Positions 19,856 to 22,178 of a stretch of 22,178 nt of DNA are shown one piece after another. The notes beneath the pieces are model-generated. The model was given only the letters and a program-made list of their open reading frames with translations, did no database searches and had not been told where the DNA came from. The stretch is taken from contig RSEE01000023.1 in NCBI GenBank assembly GCA_003971905.1, positions 744,001 to 766,178 of the forward strand. The letters run 5' to 3'. The first letter of the stretch is position 1; every line of letters starts with the position of its first letter. The DNA comes from Moniliella sp. 'wahieum'. Its lineage: Eukaryota. The position numbers and the translations under genes were made by a program.

Positions 19856-22178
19856 ATGCTGCCCCTGCCCCCTGCCACTGCACTCCGCCCCGCTGCTCTC
19901 CGCCTCGCTTCTGGCGCTCGCCGCGCGGGGCCAGGCGTCGGTGCAACAGCGCGTCTCCCTCGGCGCCCAGCTGCCCGCCGCTGGGCCATGTCGGCCAGCC
20001 CTACCGCTGGAACGCTGATCCCGCCACCTTTGTCGCCCCCGACGGCCAGCCCATCGCGGTCTCTGCCGCTGGTCTGCCTCCCTGGTGCACCTTTGACCCC
20101 CAGACGCTGACCTTTGCTGGCACTCCGACCGCACCAGCCCCCGACTCCTCCCATGTATCATGTCTGCCGACGCCCCCTACAGCCTCTCCGACTCCTTCCA
20201 TCTCAAAACCCTGCAGCGCCGGCGCCCACGCTGCACATCCGCTCGCACAGCAGCTGCCTTCCTAGCTGCTGCGCTGGGGCCCCTACCGCCATGCTCCCCG
20301 ACGGCTCCCTCTGGCTGCCCCTCGGCTGGAGCTTTTCGCTCGGCTCCAAGGTAATCTTTTGTTGTGCCGCGACGACCGCGACCCCGGTCTACTGGTCAGC
20401 CCAGGCCGCAGACCATGCCGCGCTGCCTGCCTGGCTCCACTTTTCCCCCTCGGCCTATACCTTTACAGGCGTGGCGCCCGTCGCGCCCACCACGGTCAAC
20501 GTGACGGTGACCGCATCCAACCTGCCGGGCTACGGCGGACCGTCGAGCAGTTTCAGCCTGGTTGTTGCCGAGCATGTGTTGACGCTCGCCCACCCTTTGT
20601 CTATGGCCAATGCGAGCGCTGGTATGCCCTTCAACTATACGCTCCCCTCGCCAGTCTCGAGCTGGATGGCTTCCCATGTCTCTCAACCAATCTATGTTGC
20701 AGTCCCTCACGATCATCGCCAACCTCTGCTCTTTCTTGGCTCACATTTGATCCGGCCACCCGTTCCTTCAACGGTATCCCTCCGTACCACGAACCTCAGC
20801 AACCCGACCCGTTACGAGATCCCGATCGAGTTTGCCCTCCCATTGCTCAATCTGACGACGAGCTCATCCCAACCCATCGACGTGTACCCTGCCCTGCTCA
20901 CGAGCACAATCTTGCCCGACGCTCACGCTACGCAAACGAACTTTCTCGTATAACCTGTCTTCCTACTTGACCCCCGCCGCATCTGCCGCCCCGCCAGGCA
21001 CAATCCAATTCGCAACCGAGGGAGCACCTACGTGGCTGCGCACCAATCTATCTGATGGGCTCCACTTGGTGGGAAAACGCCCGAGGACGGACAGGGAAAC
21101 AGTACCCTGACCGTTTCCGTCGCTCGCCACGTGGCAGCCGCGTTCAAACTGGACCGTACCGCCTCATCAGGCTCCTGGTCGTCCTACTCCAACCTCTTCG
21201 CGTCTTCTTCACCCACATCTTGGGTACCCCTCATCATCCTACCAAAAGTCACCTTGGTCTTGGCTTGGGGTTGGCCTTGGCTTGGGCGTGCCCCTGCTGT
21301 TCGGGATGGCAATGTTGCTCCTTTGCTGCTGGCGCCGCACGCGCAAGACAGAGGACGAGCCCCCCCTCCACCATCATGATAGACACCACCGCAGTCCCTG
21401 CTTCGGCCAGCAATGTGGCGCTCGCCAATAGTGCGGCCGATATGGCCGGCGGCGAGGCGGACCTTGGCGCGGGACACCAATCAGCCGGTTAATGTGGGTG
21501 GCGCACGACCCACCTCTTGCATGCGCCCGTCTGGCCGCTTTCTTCACTGTCCCACCCTGGTCCCGCCGCAAGGCCCCGCAACTCCTCCCCCATTCGCTGC
21601 TGGCGAGAGCAACGCGTCTGTCGGAAGTCGCTGGAATCTCCCATGACTTATCCATCCGTGGTATACTCCTGCCCGCCGGTTCCTCTGTCTCGACCACGAG
21701 CCCGGCAGGAACCGCTGGGGTGCAGCTGCGTCCGCGATTCCACCTCCACTGCTGTGAGTGGCGTGGGTCGAGACAGATCGGGGGCTAATGCCGCTTCCGT
21801 CCCAGCGATGGCAGTCGGCTTATCGTCCGGCGCGGCGAATGGCATCGCCATCACCACCACCCCGGATGGCCCCGTCCCCCCTCTGCCCTCGAACATACTG
21901 GATCCGACCCATGAACGGAAACGGGTTTCGGTACGCGATCTAGCGATTCGGGCCAAAGTGTGCCCATCCTTTGCCTTCTTACCAACTTGCGCACTAGGAA
22001 ACCGGCACCGCATTGCCCCATACATCTGCAAAAGGGATCGGGAGCAGTACGGGGGGTGGGTTCGAGACCCACCATTGCAGCCAGTTCCATCCATGGTCCC
22101 TCGGTCCCAAGCCAGCCGCACCCACCCTCCGCTTTCGCCCAAAGCCAGCTGGGAAAACTGGCTTGTTTAGCAGCTCTA
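19856..22178 (+). CDS. AXL2: Axl2-like type I membrane glycoprotein with dystroglycan-type cadherin-like (CADG/He_PIG) repeats; 3' end uncertain or beyond window (frameshifted)
   Basis: Signal peptide MLPLPLPLHSAPLLSASLLALAARGQA; QLP-PLGHVGQPYRW; repeats GLPPWCTFDPQTLTFAGTP, GWSFSLG, LPAWLHFSPSAYTFTGVAP..TASNLPGY, LSWLTFDPATRSFNGIPP; TM span GLGLG..LGVPLLFGMAMLLLCCWRR at ~21255-21340; Ser/Pro-rich cytoplasmic tail. Confidence 0.85.

Noticed and set aside
19255..20161. Long Gly/Arg-rich minus-strand ORFs
   Set aside because: Shadow ORFs of C-rich sequence upstream of and overlapping the Axl2-like gene; stop scarcity is expected at this GC level.
7160..22178. Functional cluster linking the two CADG-like-motif genes
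   Set aside because: They are ~9 kb apart with unrelated housekeeping genes between them; proximity alone is not evidence without cross-species synteny.

Overview
Eukaryotic, GC-rich fungal DNA, most likely from a basidiomycete, with few short GT-AG introns. Almost every gene is broken by 1-nt indels, often lost bases in short runs. This points to an unpolished long-read consensus rather than mass pseudogenisation, so gene models below are stitched by eye across frames. Left to right: (1) 3' end of a Ser/Pro-rich unknown gene (+); (2) small putative mitochondrial inner-membrane protein (-); (3) F-box protein with degenerate RCC1-like repeats (+); (4) intronless tRNA-Ala(AGC) with Pol III terminator; (5) a ~4.4 kb minus-strand gene that is mostly low-complexity but has a compact basic/aromatic core followed by a single He_PIG/CADG-like Ig motif, the best candidate for undescribed biology (possible transcription factor, by inference); (6) a ~3.3 kb gene-poor, lower-GC interval with dense GTGACA arrays; (7) an ERp38/TigA-type PDI with one thioredoxin domain plus an ERp29-C domain and HDEL (-); (8) a 5'-nucleotidase-family metallophosphoesterase (+); (9) an Axl2-like type I membrane protein (+) running to the window end. 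No CRISPR, rRNA or recognisable transposase was seen.
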